DNA of 64,000 nucleotides from an uncultured delta proteobacterium (GTDB lineage Bacteria; Desulfobacterota; Syntrophobacteria; Syntrophobacterales; Syntrophobacteraceae): contig CAWEHK010000039.1 in the NCBI GenBank assembly GCA_963808625.1, positions 32,001-96,000 of the forward strand, in the 5' to 3' direction. A program made the translations under genes and the position numbers. Numbering within the stretch: the first letter of the stretch is position 1; each line of letters begins with the position of its first letter. Positions 32,735 through 44,048 of this stretch are shown piece after piece. Below the pieces are notes generated by a model that saw nothing but the letters and a program-made list of their open reading frames with translations, was not told where the DNA came from and searched no databases.

Positions 32735-33317
32735 CTACTTCCTTTTCAGGACGAAAATCTGCCGGACCGGAACGACACCAATAACCTCCGTCGCTTCCGA
32801 CAGGGAGGTAGGATTGGATTCCAGTTCCTCCCAGGAAGCAAACAGCGCGGCGTCGCCATTATTCCTCATGATTACAGGAACGGTCCTCTTCGATGGTTTC
32901 TTGCCCTCGAAGACCAGGTTCCCGGGTTCTTCGGGCCGAACCAACTTCGATTCCACCTGAAAGGAATCGATCACTTGATAGAGGGTTGAAGTCGTATATT
33001 CTTCGGGAGAGAAGGGCTTGAGCTTGCCTTCCTCCAAGAGAAAAACCCTGCCATCGAGTTGTTCCTCGTCGCCCTTCACGTCCCTGTCAGGAGCTTCGTG
33101 CATCGTCTTCCAAGAAATGCTTCTCGACGTCAATGACATTTGCTTTTCTTTTCATCAAAAAACGCTCCCTGTATTTTCCAGATTTCAAAAGTATTTCCAG
33201 TGAGTTGTCGAGATCACCACAGCCCTTTTGGGCAACCTGGCAGTTGTCCTTGCAGAGTAAACATCTGAAGGCAGGGACTCGACGTTCTTCATTCTTACAC
33301 CAAACAAACCGCGCCAT
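32735..33317 (-). CDS. Hypothetical protein with a Cys-rich N-terminus (probable frameshift near 33100)
   Basis: ORFs 33087-33317 and 32735-33139 overlap on the same strand and read as one protein. Confidence 0.55.
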
Positions 33318-33668
33318 GAAGGAAACAGTCCCTCGTTTCGGTTGAGCGCCAATCATCAGAACTGACCTCGAATGGACCTGAGCCTCATTAATTTACAGTC
33401 ACACCTAAAATGTCAAGAACTCTTAACAGGAAACGAAATGAAGGATGAAAATCGGGCAGGGGCAGGGAATAAGGGTGGAAAATAAGGGAAAGGAGCTATT
33501 CCCGGTAGGGTTACCGCAAATTCTGCCGGGCGCAGGCCGGCCCGGACCTTGTCTGGGTGTGCATGCGCCCCTGAAAAATCATAAGGTGCGGCCCAAACAG
33601 CAGTCCCCCATTGGCGGTCAATTGGTGAGCGCATCGCTGCGAGCCTGAGCACAAACTCCTGGTGCTGA

Positions 33669-33890
33669 TCACTTTGCTGAATGCTGCTGACGCTCGCTGG
33701 TGTATTCGCTCTCGAGTGACTTCCCTCTCAGCTCGGAAGCCCATTTTCTGAGATGCGTGGCTTCATGGGCCCATCCACATTCCGCCAGCGTATTTGCCTG
33801 TTCTTCAATCCGCGCCGCAAACGTGCCCGCATCGACCGGCAGACCCTTCTTGCGGCCAGCCCCGACCATCGTCATGTTCATTTCTGCCAT
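33669..33890 (-). CDS. Small hypothetical protein
   Basis: 73 aa with RBS GGAGG. Confidence 0.55.
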   Translation of the reverse strand: MAEMNMTMVGAGRKKGLPVDAGTFAARIEEQANTLAECGWAHEATHLRKWASELRGKSLESEYTSERQQHSAK

Positions 33891-34211
33891 CTGCAGTTCC
33901 TCCCCGTGAAACGAGTTGGTTTATGAATCGCAGCTCTTGCTCAGGTCGCCTTCTTCTCACTCCCTTACATCCCATTCAAAATTAGTAATACTTTACATGT
34001 CGGGTTCTCTTTTTATCAATACTTTAATTGATGGAAACGGGAGCTTGAGGGCAGGGGAGGGTATGGGATGAGAATTCGACGCCCAAATATGGCTTGCTTG
34101 AAAGGGACACATAAACGAGAATGTTTATTCGTTTCAACCGCGAAATGCATGACAATGCAAAGCCGTCGCTGCTCGTAGTCGATTGTTTCCGGTATTTCGT
34201 GGTGAAACAGG

Positions 34212-34703
34212 ATGAGTCATTCCTGGAGAATCCCTAACGATCTCAGGAGCGCCGTCAGGATGTGTTCAACCCCTTCGAAACGCTGGATGTTACTTTTCCT
34301 CTGGTTGGTTTGCCTCGTTGCCGGCCTGTCTTCTTCATGCACCATGCTGGGCGGCGGCCAGCGAAGCGATGATCAGGGACTGCTCCTTGCTGCCGAAAGT
34401 TTCAGTCGAGACGTGCGCTGGGGAGACTACAAAGCGGCCCTGGCCTGGATTGCCCCCGAAGCCAAGGAGGAATTCATGGATCAGGCTGACAGGCTGCAGG
34501 GCCATGTTCAGATCATGGAATATCAAATCATGGAGACCAGGATAAATGGGCTTTCGGGAAACGTGATTTTGCGCTATCGCTTCTACCAAAAACAAAACTC
34601 TCGGCTTCAAACCAAAACGTTGCATCAGCAGTGGCTTTTCCTGGAACGGGAGCGCGTATGGCAGGTTGTGAGAAATGACCTGCAGAAGCTGATGCCGGAA
34701 TAG
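34212..34703 (+). CDS. Putative lipoprotein
   Basis: Hydrophobic signal ending LSSSC; start uncertain. Confidence 0.65.
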   Translation: MSHSWRIPNDLRSAVRMCSTPSKRWMLLFLWLVCLVAGLSSSCTMLGGGQRSDDQGLLLAAESFSRDVRWGDYKAALAWIAPEAKEEFMDQADRLQGHVQIMEYQIMETRINGLSGNVILRYRFYQKQNSRLQTKTLHQQWLFLERERVWQVVRNDLQKLMPE

Positions 34704-34990
34704 TGCCGAATGCGCCCCCGTCTCGCAGGAACAAAAGGTTGCGCCCGAACATTTCAGAAGATCCGGAGCAACTCACGTCAAGCCATGAGGTTGGCAGGCG
34801 AAGAAAGATTGAGGCTTTTCCATTTATAAGGAATTTGGTATACAATCCGACGAAGAAGTCATTTGCAGACTATTCCGTGGTAGCCGAGATTTCCTGGAGA
34901 AACCCGGGTCAGAGAGGTTTTTTTGCATGATGCAGAGGACCGGGAGTCCTTTCATGCGACCCTATCGATTAGTTTAAGGAGGCTTTCGGA

Positions 34991-36859
34991 TTGAGTCCAT
35001 TCTATAAGAATCTGGCTTTGTGGTTGGTCATCAGCCTGATGGTGATTCTGCTCTTCAATATGTTTCACCAACCGCAACAATCAAGCCATGATGCGACCTA
35101 CAGTCAATTTCTTGCCTCTGTTCAAAAAGGAGACGTGTCGCAAGTCACCATTCAGGGGGATCATATCCTTGGAACCTACAACGATGGGAGACATTTCCGT
35201 ACTTTTGCTCCCCGGGACTCGGACCTCATCCGCACCCTGCGCGAGCGCGGAGTCGAGATCCAGGCGAAACCCGAAGACGACAATCCCTGGTATATGAACA
35301 TGCTTATCAGCTGGTTTCCCATGCTGATCCTGATCGGGGTATGGATCTTTTTCATGCGCCAGATGCAGATGGGAGGGGGCAAGGCCATGAGCTTCGGTAA
35401 AAGCCGCGCCCGCTTGCTCAATGAAACCTCAAGAAAGGTCATGTTCGAGGACGTGGCAGGGGTCGACGAAGCCAAGGAAGAACTCCAGGAGATCGTGGAG
35501 TTTCTCAAAGACCCCAAAAAATTCACCCGCCTCGGTGGGCGAATCCCGAAGGGGGTGTTGCTGGTGGGTGCTCCGGGCACGGGCAAGACACTTTTGGCGA
35601 GAGCGATTGCCGGAGAGGCCGGCGTTCCTTTCTTTACGATCAGCGGTTCGGATTTTGTGGAGATGTTTGTAGGCGTTGGGGCGTCTCGTGTCCGGGACCT
35701 CTTCTTGCAGGGCAAGAAGAACGCGCCATGCATCATCTTCATCGATGAAATCGATGCCGTGGGGCGGCATCGCGGAGCCGGTCTCGGCGGCGGCCACGAT
35801 GAGCGGGAACAGACACTCAATCAGCTTCTGGTCGAGATGGATGGGTTTGAATCCAATGAAGGGGTAATCTTGATTGCCGCGACCAACCGCCCGGATGTGC
35901 TCGATCCTGCCTTGTTGCGTCCGGGCCGTTTTGACCGGCAAGTGGTCGTGCCGGTGCCGGATATTCGCGGACGGGATGGCATCCTGAAGGTCCATATTCG
36001 GCAGAAGCCCCTCGCTCCGGATGTGAATCTCCAGACCCTGGCCAAAGGGACGCCGGGGTTTTCCGGTGCGGACCTCGAAAATTTGGTCAATGAAGCGGCG
36101 CTGCTCGCGGCGAGAAGGAATAAGGACTTCATTGACATGGCTGATTTTGAAGAGGCCAAGGACAAAGTGATGATGGGCCTGGAGCGCAAGAGTATGATCC
36201 TGAGCGAGCAGGAGAAGCGCACCACCGCTTATCATGAGGGTGGGCATGCGCTCGTGGCGAGGTTTCTCCCCTGGGCTGATCCGCTCCACAAGGTGACGAT
36301 CATTCCTCGAGGCCGGGCCCTTGGCCTGACCCAGCAACTTCCGGAGGATGACCGCCATACCTACTCGAAAGAGTACCTTTCGGACAGCATTGCCATCCTG
36401 ATGGGCGGACGGGTGGCCGAAGAGCTTGTCTTCAATCAACTGACCACCGGGGCTTCCAATGACATCGAGCGGGCGACGCATCTTGCCCGCCGCATGGTAT
36501 GTGAATGGGGGATGAGCAAAGAGCTTGGGCCCCTCAGCTTCGGCCGAAAGGATGAACAGGTTTTCCTCGGTCGTGACATCGTCCAGCATCGCGATTACAG
36601 TGAGCATACAGCGATCTGCATTGACAAGGAAGTTCGGGGAATCGTCGAAGACAACTATCAACATGCCAAAGCGATTCTCACGGAACACCTCGATCTGCTC
36701 AACCGCGTTGCCGAGATGCTCCTTGAAAAGGAGACCCTGGATTTGAAAGATCTGGACCGGATTATTGCCGAAGTGAAACCGGAATTGTTGGCAAGGATCC
36801 AGAAACAAAAGGGGACGATGCCGGAGGAAGCCAAGGTCGAGAGCGAGGTCATGCCCTGA
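34991..36859 (+). CDS. ftsH: ATP-dependent zinc metalloprotease FtsH
   Basis: Two TM helices, [23 protein letters not shown] start with RBS AGGAGG. Confidence 0.97.
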   Translation: MSPFYKNLALWLVISLMVILLFNMFHQPQQSSHDATYSQFLASVQKGDVSQVTIQGDHILGTYNDGRHFRTFAPRDSDLIRTLRERGVEIQAKPEDDNPWYMNMLISWFPMLILIGVWIFFMRQMQMGGGKAMSFGKSRARLLNETSRKVMFEDVAGVDEAKEELQEIVEFLKDPKKFTRLGGRIPKGVLLVGAPGTGKTLLARAIAGEAGVPFFTISGSDFVEMFVGVGASRVRDLFLQGKKNAPCIIFIDEIDAVGRHRGAGLGGGHDEREQTLNQLLVEMDGFESNEGVILIAATNRPDVLDPALLRPGRFDRQVVVPVPDIRGRDGILKVHIRQKPLAPDVNLQTLAKGTPGFSGADLENLVNEAALLAARRNKDFIDMADFEEAKDKVMMGLERKSMILSEQEKRTTAYHEGGHALVARFLPWADPLHKVTIIPRGRALGLTQQLPEDDRHTYSKEYLSDSIAILMGGRVAEELVFNQLTTGASNDIERATHLARRMVCEWGMSKELGPLSFGRKDEQVFLGRDIVQHRDYSEHTAICIDKEVRGIVEDNYQHAKAILTEHLDLLNRVAEMLLEKETLDLKDLDRIIAEVKPELLARIQKQKGTMPEEAKVESEVMP

Positions 36860-37719
36860 TGGCCGTTTTTCCCCGGAAGCATTACCTCATGAACCTCAAG
36901 TCCGGGTCCCTGGAGATGGGCAGGCGCACCCTGGTCATGGGGGTCGTCAACGTTACGCCCGATTCCTTCTCCGATGGCGGCGAATGCTACGACACCCATG
37001 CCGCCGTTCAGCGCGCTTCGGAAATGATTGCCGCAGGAGCGGACCTGCTTGATATCGGAGGGGAATCGACGCGGCCTCTTGCCGCACCGCTTCCTGTTGA
37101 TCTTGAATTGGAACGGGTTATTCCGGTGATCACGGCGATCCGCACGCAGAGTGACATCCCCATTTCCATCGATACCACCAAAGCCGAGGTCGCCGGGCAC
37201 GCGCTGGCGGCAGGCGCCGACATCATCAACGATGTGAGTGCGCTGCACTTTGATCACCTGATGGTCGAGGTCGTCGCCAAAGCGGGGGTGCCGCTGATTC
37301 TCATGCACATGCAGGGCACTCCCCGAACCATGCAGCAAAACCCTTCTTATGCTTCGCTCTTCTCTGAGATTATCGCGTTCCTGGAAGAACGGATGCACTT
37401 CGCTGCAGCGCATGGGATCGACCGTCAGCAGCTTATCGTTGATCCGGGGATCGGCTTTGGCAAGAATCTGGGCCATAATTTGTCGCTCATTCGCAATCTG
37501 GAACTTTTTCACTGCCTGGATCGCCCGCTCCTGCTCGGGGCCTCACGCAAGCGGTTCATCGGTGCAGTGCTGGATCGTCCGGTCCAGGATCGGGAGGTCG
37601 GCACGGCGGTGGTGCACAGCTTCGCCATTGCCGCAGGGGTTCATATCATTCGCACTCACGATGTCGCGTTTCACCGGCAGGTTGCCCTGATGAGTGATGC
37701 CGTGAGAGAGCCGGTTTAG
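36859..37719 (+). CDS. folP: Dihydropteroate synthase
   Basis: NVTPDSFSDGG, GGESTRP, DPGIGFGK, SRKRF. Confidence 0.96.
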   Translation: MAVFPRKHYLMNLKSGSLEMGRRTLVMGVVNVTPDSFSDGGECYDTHAAVQRASEMIAAGADLLDIGGESTRPLAAPLPVDLELERVIPVITAIRTQSDIPISIDTTKAEVAGHALAAGADIINDVSALHFDHLMVEVVAKAGVPLILMHMQGTPRTMQQNPSYASLFSEIIAFLEERMHFAAAHGIDRQQLIVDPGIGFGKNLGHNLSLIRNLELFHCLDRPLLLGASRKRFIGAVLDRPVQDREVGTAVVHSFAIAAGVHIIRTHDVAFHRQVALMSDAVREPV

Positions 37720-37847
37720 AGGGAAGACCCCGTTCGAAGTTGAAGAGAGTGGGGGGCCATGGCTGAATCGATTGCCCGGGAAATGGCCTCCGGCATCCAA
37801 AAACCTAAGTGCAGGCTCACGCAATAAATTGATCATATACCTGGCGT

Positions 37848-37910
37848 GTCATTCCGGTGAAAACCGGAATCCAGAACAATTGCCTGGATACCGGCTTCCG
37901 CCGGTATGAC
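37848..37910. repeat. Palindromic repeat (RPE/dRS3-like), copy 1
   Basis: GTCATTCCGGTGAAAACCGGAATCCAG...CTGGATACCGGCTTCCGCCGGTATGAC. Confidence 0.8.
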
Positions 37911-37980
37911 GAAATGACTTCGGATACTATTTATGCAGCGCGATACTACAGGGGCGTCCAAAAACAAAAGGCCTTCTTTT

Positions 37981-38031
37981 ACCACGAAGAACACGAAGGA
38001 CACGAAGTGATTTCTTCGTGTTCTTCGTGGT
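37981..38031. repeat. Inverted repeat made of 9-nt-period units (CACGAAGRA)
   Basis: ACCACGAAGAACACGAAG-GACACGAAG-TGATTT-CTTCGTGTTCTTCGTGGT. Confidence 0.85.
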
Positions 38032-38115
38032 TCGAAAAAGGGCTGAAATGAGTGCAAGTTGTTTTTGGACAGTCTCTAAGACCAAATTGTTTAGACGGTG
38101 ACAAGGGGACAGGGC

Positions 38116-38913
38116 ATGCTGCTGGCGATGGATATCGGCAATACGAATACCGTCATGGGCCTTTTTGCAGACGAGGAACTGGTCCATGATTGGCGCATCA
38201 GGACGGAAGTTGATGCCACCATTGATGAGTATGGAATTATCATTCGCAGCCTCTTCCAGGCCTCCGACTGCCCCATGGACAAAGTGAAGCATGTGATCAT
38301 CTCCTGCGTGGTGCCACCGGTGCTCCATGCCGTCGAGCGGTTTTGCCGAAAATACTTCAGCGTGACCCCGCTGGTGGTCGGTCCGGGCATTCGCACGGGG
38401 ATGCCGATCTTCTACGACAACCCGAAGGAGGTGGGAGCGGACCGCATCGTCAATGCCGTAGCGGCTTACGAGGCCCTGAAACAGGCGGCCATCGTCGTCG
38501 ACTTCGGTACGGCGACCACCTTTGACTACATTTCTGACCGCGGCGAATACATGGGCGGAGTAATCAGTCCGGGGATCATGATTTCCTGCGAGGCCCTTTT
38601 CCATAAAGCGTCCAAGTTGCCGAGGGTGGAAATATTTGCGCATCCGGCATCGATTGTGGCCAAGAACACGATCTCTTCGATGAATGCGGGGATCGTTTTT
38701 GGCTATGCCGGCCTGGTGGAAGGGATCATTTCGAGGATGAAGAAAGAAGTGGGGGCGGATCTCAGAGTGGTCGCCACCGGCGGACTCGCCCCGCTGATTG
38801 CCAGCGAATGTTCGGTCATTGATCTGGTCGATGACTATTTGACCTTGAAGGGGCTCAGAATCATTCACGAGCGCAACCGAAAAGCCTATGATAAGCCCAC
38901 TGCGACCGGGTGA
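38116..38913 (+). CDS. coaX: Type III pantothenate kinase
   Basis: [26 protein letters not shown]. Confidence 0.95.
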   Translation: MLLAMDIGNTNTVMGLFADEELVHDWRIRTEVDATIDEYGIIIRSLFQASDCPMDKVKHVIISCVVPPVLHAVERFCRKYFSVTPLVVGPGIRTGMPIFYDNPKEVGADRIVNAVAAYEALKQAAIVVDFGTATTFDYISDRGEYMGGVISPGIMISCEALFHKASKLPRVEIFAHPASIVAKNTISSMNAGIVFGYAGLVEGIISRMKKEVGADLRVVATGGLAPLIASECSVIDLVDDYLTLKGLRIIHERNRKAYDKPTATG

Positions 38914-39810
38914 TTGCATTGCTCTGGTTGCCCCGTCGAGCCCGTTTGCACCGGAAAAATTCGAGATCGCCGGACGGGTTCTCGAAAGCCGGGGATACCG
39001 GCTGGCACCGGGTAAACATATTTTCCGGAAGCTGGGGTACCTGGCAGGCGCGGAAGCGGAGCGGGCGGAAGATCTCATCTACGCCTTCACCAACCCTGAT
39101 GTCTCCGCCGTCATTTGTATCCGGGGCGGATTCGGCAGCAGCAGGCTCCTGCCCTGGCTTCCCTTCTCAGCGCTGCAAAAATCCCCCAAAATATTCATGG
39201 GCTATAGTGATGCGACGTGTTTGCACCTGGCCCTTTGGGCGAGGACCCGCCAAGTCACCTTCCACGGGCCGAATCTGATTGACATGGCGGATTTTCCCGA
39301 ATGCGTCGAGAATATCGTGAGCGCGCTTTCGGGCCGTCACGAATTCTCCTGGAGGGTTGCGGAGGGCCAATCCTGCGGCATGGCATGGCCTCGGGGACGC
39401 TGCTCGGCGGCAATCTCACCTGTCTCTGTCAGCTCCTGGGAACGCCCTATTTTCCCGATTTGAAGAGGGCTCTGCTCCTCCTTGAAGATCGCGGAGAAGC
39501 CCTGTATCGGCTGGATCGACTGCTGACCCACCTCAAACTGGCGGGGGTGCTGGATCGGATAGGAGGGTTGATTCTCGGCCACTTCCACGAGTGCGATGAC
39601 CCGGAGAAGGTGAGGGACTTGGTCATGGAGCAGACAAGAGGTTATTCTTTTCCGGTCGTTGCTGATCTTCCTTTCGGCCATGGCTCTCCTAACGAGGTCA
39701 TTCCGCTGGGCGCTTCATTCCTCCTGAATACCTTCGAAGGAACTTTGAGGGTGATGTCGGATGTCGGATTTCGGATGTCGGATGTCGGATTTCGGATTTC
39801 GGATGGCTGA
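38888..39810 (+). CDS. ldcA: LD-carboxypeptidase (S66); frameshift near 39370; last codons are heptamer repeat
   Basis: [34 protein letters not shown]. Confidence 0.88.
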
Positions 39811-40250
39811 TGGCTGATGTCGGATTTCGGGTTTCGGATGTGAGATGTGGGATGTGGGATTTCGGGAATTCGGGTATCGGATTGGGGTTTATGGGTGGCG
39901 GGTCTAAGATGGTGAATTCAATTCGTGTGTCTTTGTTAGTCTTCGTGTGACTTCGTGGACAGCTTTTGGGGAGATTTCGGATTTCGGATGTCGGATGTCG
40001 GATTTCGGATGTCGGATGTCGGATTTCGGATGTCGGATGTCGGATTTCGGATGTGAGATGTGGGATTTCGGATTGTGGGATTTCGGATGTGAGATGTGGG
40101 ATTTCGGATGTGAGATGTGGGATTTCGGATTTCGGATGTGGGAATTCTGGCATCGGATTGGGGTTTATGGGTAGCGGGTCTGAGATGGTGAATTCATTCG
40201 TGTGTCTTCGTGTGACTTCGTGGACAGCTTTTGACTGGGATGTCGGATTT
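39753..40250 (+). repeat. Two GATnnnG heptamer arrays, each followed by a duplicated ~100-bp unit
   Basis: GATGTCG/GATTTCG/GATGTGG units at 39753-39865 and 39973-40140; unit ending ttcgtggacagctttt occurs twice. Confidence 0.92.
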
Positions 40251-40261
40251 CAAGAGTCGGA

Positions 40262-41473
40262 GTGAAAGAACCAAGTGATGCATGCGGAAGCGAGGGCAGC
40301 GCAAGGATCTCCGACGTGCTGCCTGCCACCTTTCAGCACAGGAAGTTTTCTCGTTTCTGTGGACCAGCTTTTTGTTCGGGCACTGACCGAGCAGATTTTT
40401 TCCGGGGCCAGCCTGCTCGTAGCCACACCCGAGATAGATTTTGTTCCATAAGACCTGGGGGTACACGCATGATGGCGGCAGCAGGGTTGACGAGCACACG
40501 CGCTTTGACCTGGCATCCCTCACCAAGCCTCTGATTACGGCACCCCTTTGCATGCGCGCGGTCTCCGAAAGAAAGTTCGGCCCTTGATGACGGGCTGCAG
40601 TCATTTTTCCCTGCCGGTCTTCTAACAGCGGCTGCGAAGAGCATCACGATCAGACAATTATTGAGCCACTCCTCGGGGCTTCCCGCCTACGAGCCATTTT
40701 ATCGCGAGCTCATTGCGCTGGAGCCGTCACAGCGTCAGGATGATCTGCTCGCGAAGGTCCTGCGCACACCAGTGATGGCGAGACCGGGAGCGGCATCCTG
40801 TTACAGCGATCTCGGGTTCATGCTGCTGACCAGGGTCCTGGAAAGCGTTTACGGCTCGCCGTTAGATCACCTTGCTTCACCATCCTTGGCTTCGGAAGGT
40901 GACGGCTCGTTAGGATTTTACCGTTTGCGGGTCCCCACCGATCCGACCCTTGCACCGGAGCGCCTGGTGCCGGTCACGGGGGCGGTCGCCGCTACGGAAT
41001 ACTGTCCGTGGCGAAAGCGCCTGCTGGTGGGCGAAGTGCACGACGAAAACGCCTACTGCCTGGGCGGTGTGGCCGGCCACGCCGGGCTCTTCGGGAACGC
41101 CCACGGGATTTATCGACTGCTGGTATTCCTCTGGAAGGTGCAACGCGGCAGCATCGAGCATCCGTTCTGGGTGCCCGAGGTCGTGCGGGAATTTTGGCGG
41201 AAGCAGTCGGCACTTCCCAACGGGACCTGGACGCTGGGATTCGATACCCCCAGCCCGCAGAATTCGAGCGCCGGCAACTATTTTTCGCCCCGGAGCATCG
41301 GCCATTTGGGTTTCACGGGGACGTCCTTCTGGTTTGATCTCGACCGGGAAATTCTGATCATCCTCTTGACCAATCGTGTCTACCCGACGAGAGAAAACGA
41401 GCGTTTGAAAAGCTTCCGCCCTTTGCTGCACAATCTCGTGATGGAGACTTATGATGGAGCCTCAAGATATTAA
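40262..41473 (+). CDS. Serine hydrolase/beta-lactamase-fold protein (several N-terminal frameshifts; start uncertain)
   Basis: FDLASLTKP (SxxK) at about 40504, LLSHSSGL, YSDLGF, GEVHDEN, GHAGLF, GHLGFTG. Confidence 0.8.
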
Positions 41474-42941
41474 GACAATTTATATGATGGGTGTCGGCGG
41501 CATTGCGATGGGAACGCTGGCCTCGATGCTCAGGGAGAAGGGCTTTCAGGTAACCGGGTCCGACCAGAATCTCTACCCGCCCATGAGTACCCATCTCGAA
41601 GCCCTGGGCATTCCGATATGCCTCGGATACAATGCGGCCAACCTGGCGCGATCATCCCCGGACATCGTCATTGTCGGGAACGTGATTCGCCGGGACAATC
41701 CCGAAGCGCAGGTTATTCTGCAAAACGGTGTGCCCTATCTGTCCATGCCCCAGGCGCTTGCCCGCTTTTTTCTGACGCACCATGAGAGCATTGTCATTGC
41801 CGGGACCCACGGCAAGAGTACCACGTCGTCGCTGCTGGCCTGGGTGCTCGCCCATGCGGGGATGAAGCCGAGCGCTTTTATCGGCGCCTTTGTGAAAAAC
41901 TGGCATGCCAGCTATCGGCTTGGAACCGGGCGCTACATGGTCATTGAAGGGGATGAGTACGATACCGCCTTCTTTGACAAGGGCCCGAAGTTTCTTCATT
42001 ATCGGCCTCAGTTTGGGGTAATCACGAGCGTTGAATACGATCATGCCGATATTTTCCGTGACTTCCAGTCGGTCTTCAAAGCGTTTGAAGAATTCGTGAA
42101 ACTCATTCCGCCATCCGGATACCTTGTGGTGAATGCCGATGATCGGCATTGTCTTGCCCTGAGCCGGGCGTGCCGAGGCAAAGTCTTCACCTATGGAGCT
42201 TCTGACCGGGCCGACTGGCGCCTCCTTGAAGTGAACTACCTGCCTGGGGCCGTCCGTTTCCGGTGCCGAAACCCGCTCTCGGGCGCCGAGGAAGAGATTG
42301 TCTCCGGGCTCCCCGGTCGCCACAATCTCGGGAACACGCTGGCGGCAATGGCCGTTGCCTCGCTTGTCGGTTTGAGTCGGCAGCAGTTTCAGGAAGCCCT
42401 GCTGGCTTTCCAGGGGGTCAAGAGGAGACAGGACATCGTGGGGGAATCCAACGGGGTCCTCATCATCGACGACTTTGCCCATCATCCCACGGCGGTTCAG
42501 GAAACGCTCCAGGCCCTGCACCGCTTTTATCCTGGTAAACGCGTGATTGCGGCCTTTGAACCGCGAACCAATTCCAGCCGCCGCGCGGTATTCCAGGACG
42601 CCTACGCGGCCGCCTTCGATGAAGCCCACTGTACCTGCATCAAGGAACCTCCGGGTATGGAAGCCATTGCCGAGGGGGAGCGACTGAATGCCAGGCAACT
42701 GGTTGAGGACATCAAGAAGCGCGGGAACGAAGCTTATTTTTTTCAAAGCACGGAAGACCTTTCCAGCTTTCTCAGAGGCTATTGCGCTCCCGGAGACATG
42801 GTCGTCTGCATGAGTAACGGCAGTTTCGACGGCCTGCCTCATGACTTGCTGCGGGCGCTGGAGCAAGTAGGAAGTAGGCTAAGGAGTAGGCACACGGAGC
42901 AGCATTCAGGAGTTGGGAGTAAGAATAAGGAGAGGGAATAG
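41451..42941 (+). CDS. mpl: Murein peptide ligase
   Basis: GVGGIAMG, YPPMS, GTHGKSTT, EGDEYDTAFFDK, DDFAHHPTAV, FEPRTN, MSNGSF. Confidence 0.93.
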   Translation: MMEPQDIKTIYMMGVGGIAMGTLASMLREKGFQVTGSDQNLYPPMSTHLEALGIPICLGYNAANLARSSPDIVIVGNVIRRDNPEAQVILQNGVPYLSMPQALARFFLTHHESIVIAGTHGKSTTSSLLAWVLAHAGMKPSAFIGAFVKNWHASYRLGTGRYMVIEGDEYDTAFFDKGPKFLHYRPQFGVITSVEYDHADIFRDFQSVFKAFEEFVKLIPPSGYLVVNADDRHCLALSRACRGKVFTYGASDRADWRLLEVNYLPGAVRFRCRNPLSGAEEEIVSGLPGRHNLGNTLAAMAVASLVGLSRQQFQEALLAFQGVKRRQDIVGESNGVLIIDDFAHHPTAVQETLQALHRFYPGKRVIAAFEPRTNSSRRAVFQDAYAAAFDEAHCTCIKEPPGMEAIAEGERLNARQLVEDIKKRGNEAYFFQSTEDLSSFLRGYCAPGDMVVCMSNGSFDGLPHDLLRALEQVGSRLRSRHTEQHSGVGSKNKERE

Positions 42942-43034
42942 AGGGGGCGAGTTCATCTCCTCCCCAGAGTATGCTGTTGAACCGTTAGGCAAAAGGTTTT
43001 GGTGAACATGCGGATCACTGTTAAGGGTCTAAAA

Positions 43035-43595
43035 TTGCCAAAAATTCTCCTCCATACCTGCTGCGCACCCTGCACCATCTATCCTCTGGCACAACTCCGC
43101 GAAGCGGGATGGCAGGTCCACGGCTTCTTCTTTAACCCGCATATTCAGCCCTACCAGGAATTGCAGCAGCGCCTGACCACCCTGGAATCATTTGCCTTGC
43201 AGGAAGGGCTCGAGATCATCATCCGCGCCGACTATGAGCTCGAGCGTTTCCTCAGGCAGGTGGTGTTTCGCGAACATCAGCGCTGCCTCTATTGTTACGC
43301 GAGGCGGCTTGAAGCGGCGGCTCGCCTGGCGAAAAAGAGCCGGTTCGACGCCTTCACGACGACGCTGCTTTACAGCAGGAGGCAAAAACACGACCTGGTG
43401 CGTGACCTGGCAGAAGCGGTGTCCAGGCAATTTGGCATACCATTTTACTACGAGGATTTCCGCGAAGGCTGGAAAACGGGCCAGGAGCAGGCCCGCCTTG
43501 CAGGGATGTATCGCCAGCAATACTGCGGGTGCATCTTCAGTGAAAAAGAACGCTACGTGAGCGGGAAACGGCGACGAGTAACACCGGCGGAATGA
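43035..43595 (+). CDS. queH: Epoxyqueuosine reductase QueH
   Basis: LLHTCCAPC, FFNPHIQP, RCLYC, YRQQYCGC. Confidence 0.9.
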   Translation: MPKILLHTCCAPCTIYPLAQLREAGWQVHGFFFNPHIQPYQELQQRLTTLESFALQEGLEIIIRADYELERFLRQVVFREHQRCLYCYARRLEAAARLAKKSRFDAFTTTLLYSRRQKHDLVRDLAEAVSRQFGIPFYYEDFREGWKTGQEQARLAGMYRQQYCGCIFSEKERYVSGKRRRVTPAE

Positions 43596-43603
43596 CTGCG
43601 GCT

Positions 43604-43903
43604 TTAGCTTTCCTTTTCGTCCTCGACCATGCGGATAGCCTTGGTCGGGCATTCCTCGGCACAGATCCCACAGCCTTTGCAGTACTCGAGATCGATTTCA
43701 ACCGGAATCGTGCGCTTCACCACCGCGTCCGGACAATAAAGCCAGCAGATGTAACATGAGGGACGCTTATTCCTGCTGGGAGTGCACTTGCCATGATCGA
43801 TCTCCGGCCGCAGCGTGCGCCAGTCCCCGGTCCGACCACCTTCGCCTTTGCATAATTTGGAATGAGCGTGGGTAAAATCGTCTTTTTTATGTTTGCTATC
43901 CAT
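43604..43903 (-). CDS. porD: 2-oxoacid:ferredoxin oxidoreductase delta subunit
   Basis: TGDWRTLRP, CYICWLYCP, YCKGCGICAEECP. Confidence 0.85.
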   Translation of the reverse strand: MDSKHKKDDFTHAHSKLCKGEGGRTGDWRTLRPEIDHGKCTPSRNKRPSCYICWLYCPDAVVKRTIPVEIDLEYCKGCGICAEECPTKAIRMVEDEKES

Positions 43904-44048
43904 TGCGTTTTTCCGGAATTGTTAATGCATCCGTTATCAAATGAGCCATCCCAATCTTCGAGGTTGGGAGCTCTCACCGCCGCCGTGTCAACCCGGCTTT
44001 CTTTCCCCTATCCACGATTCGCTTTACGAAATTCGATTGTGCAACCAA

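Noticed and set aside
35429..36808. Long antisense ORFs (e.g. opposite ftsH, mpl, the phosphatase and the ABC ATPase)
   Set aside because: Shadow frames of GC-rich genes with no recognisable motifs.
39753..40250. CRISPR array
   Set aside because: Contiguous 7-nt units without unique spacers; no cas genes.
39698..40265. ORFs with [14 protein letters not shown] repeats (also 47642-48027, 51419-52039, 10281-10478)
   Set aside because: These are translations of heptamer arrays, which stay open in several frames; no independent coding evidence.
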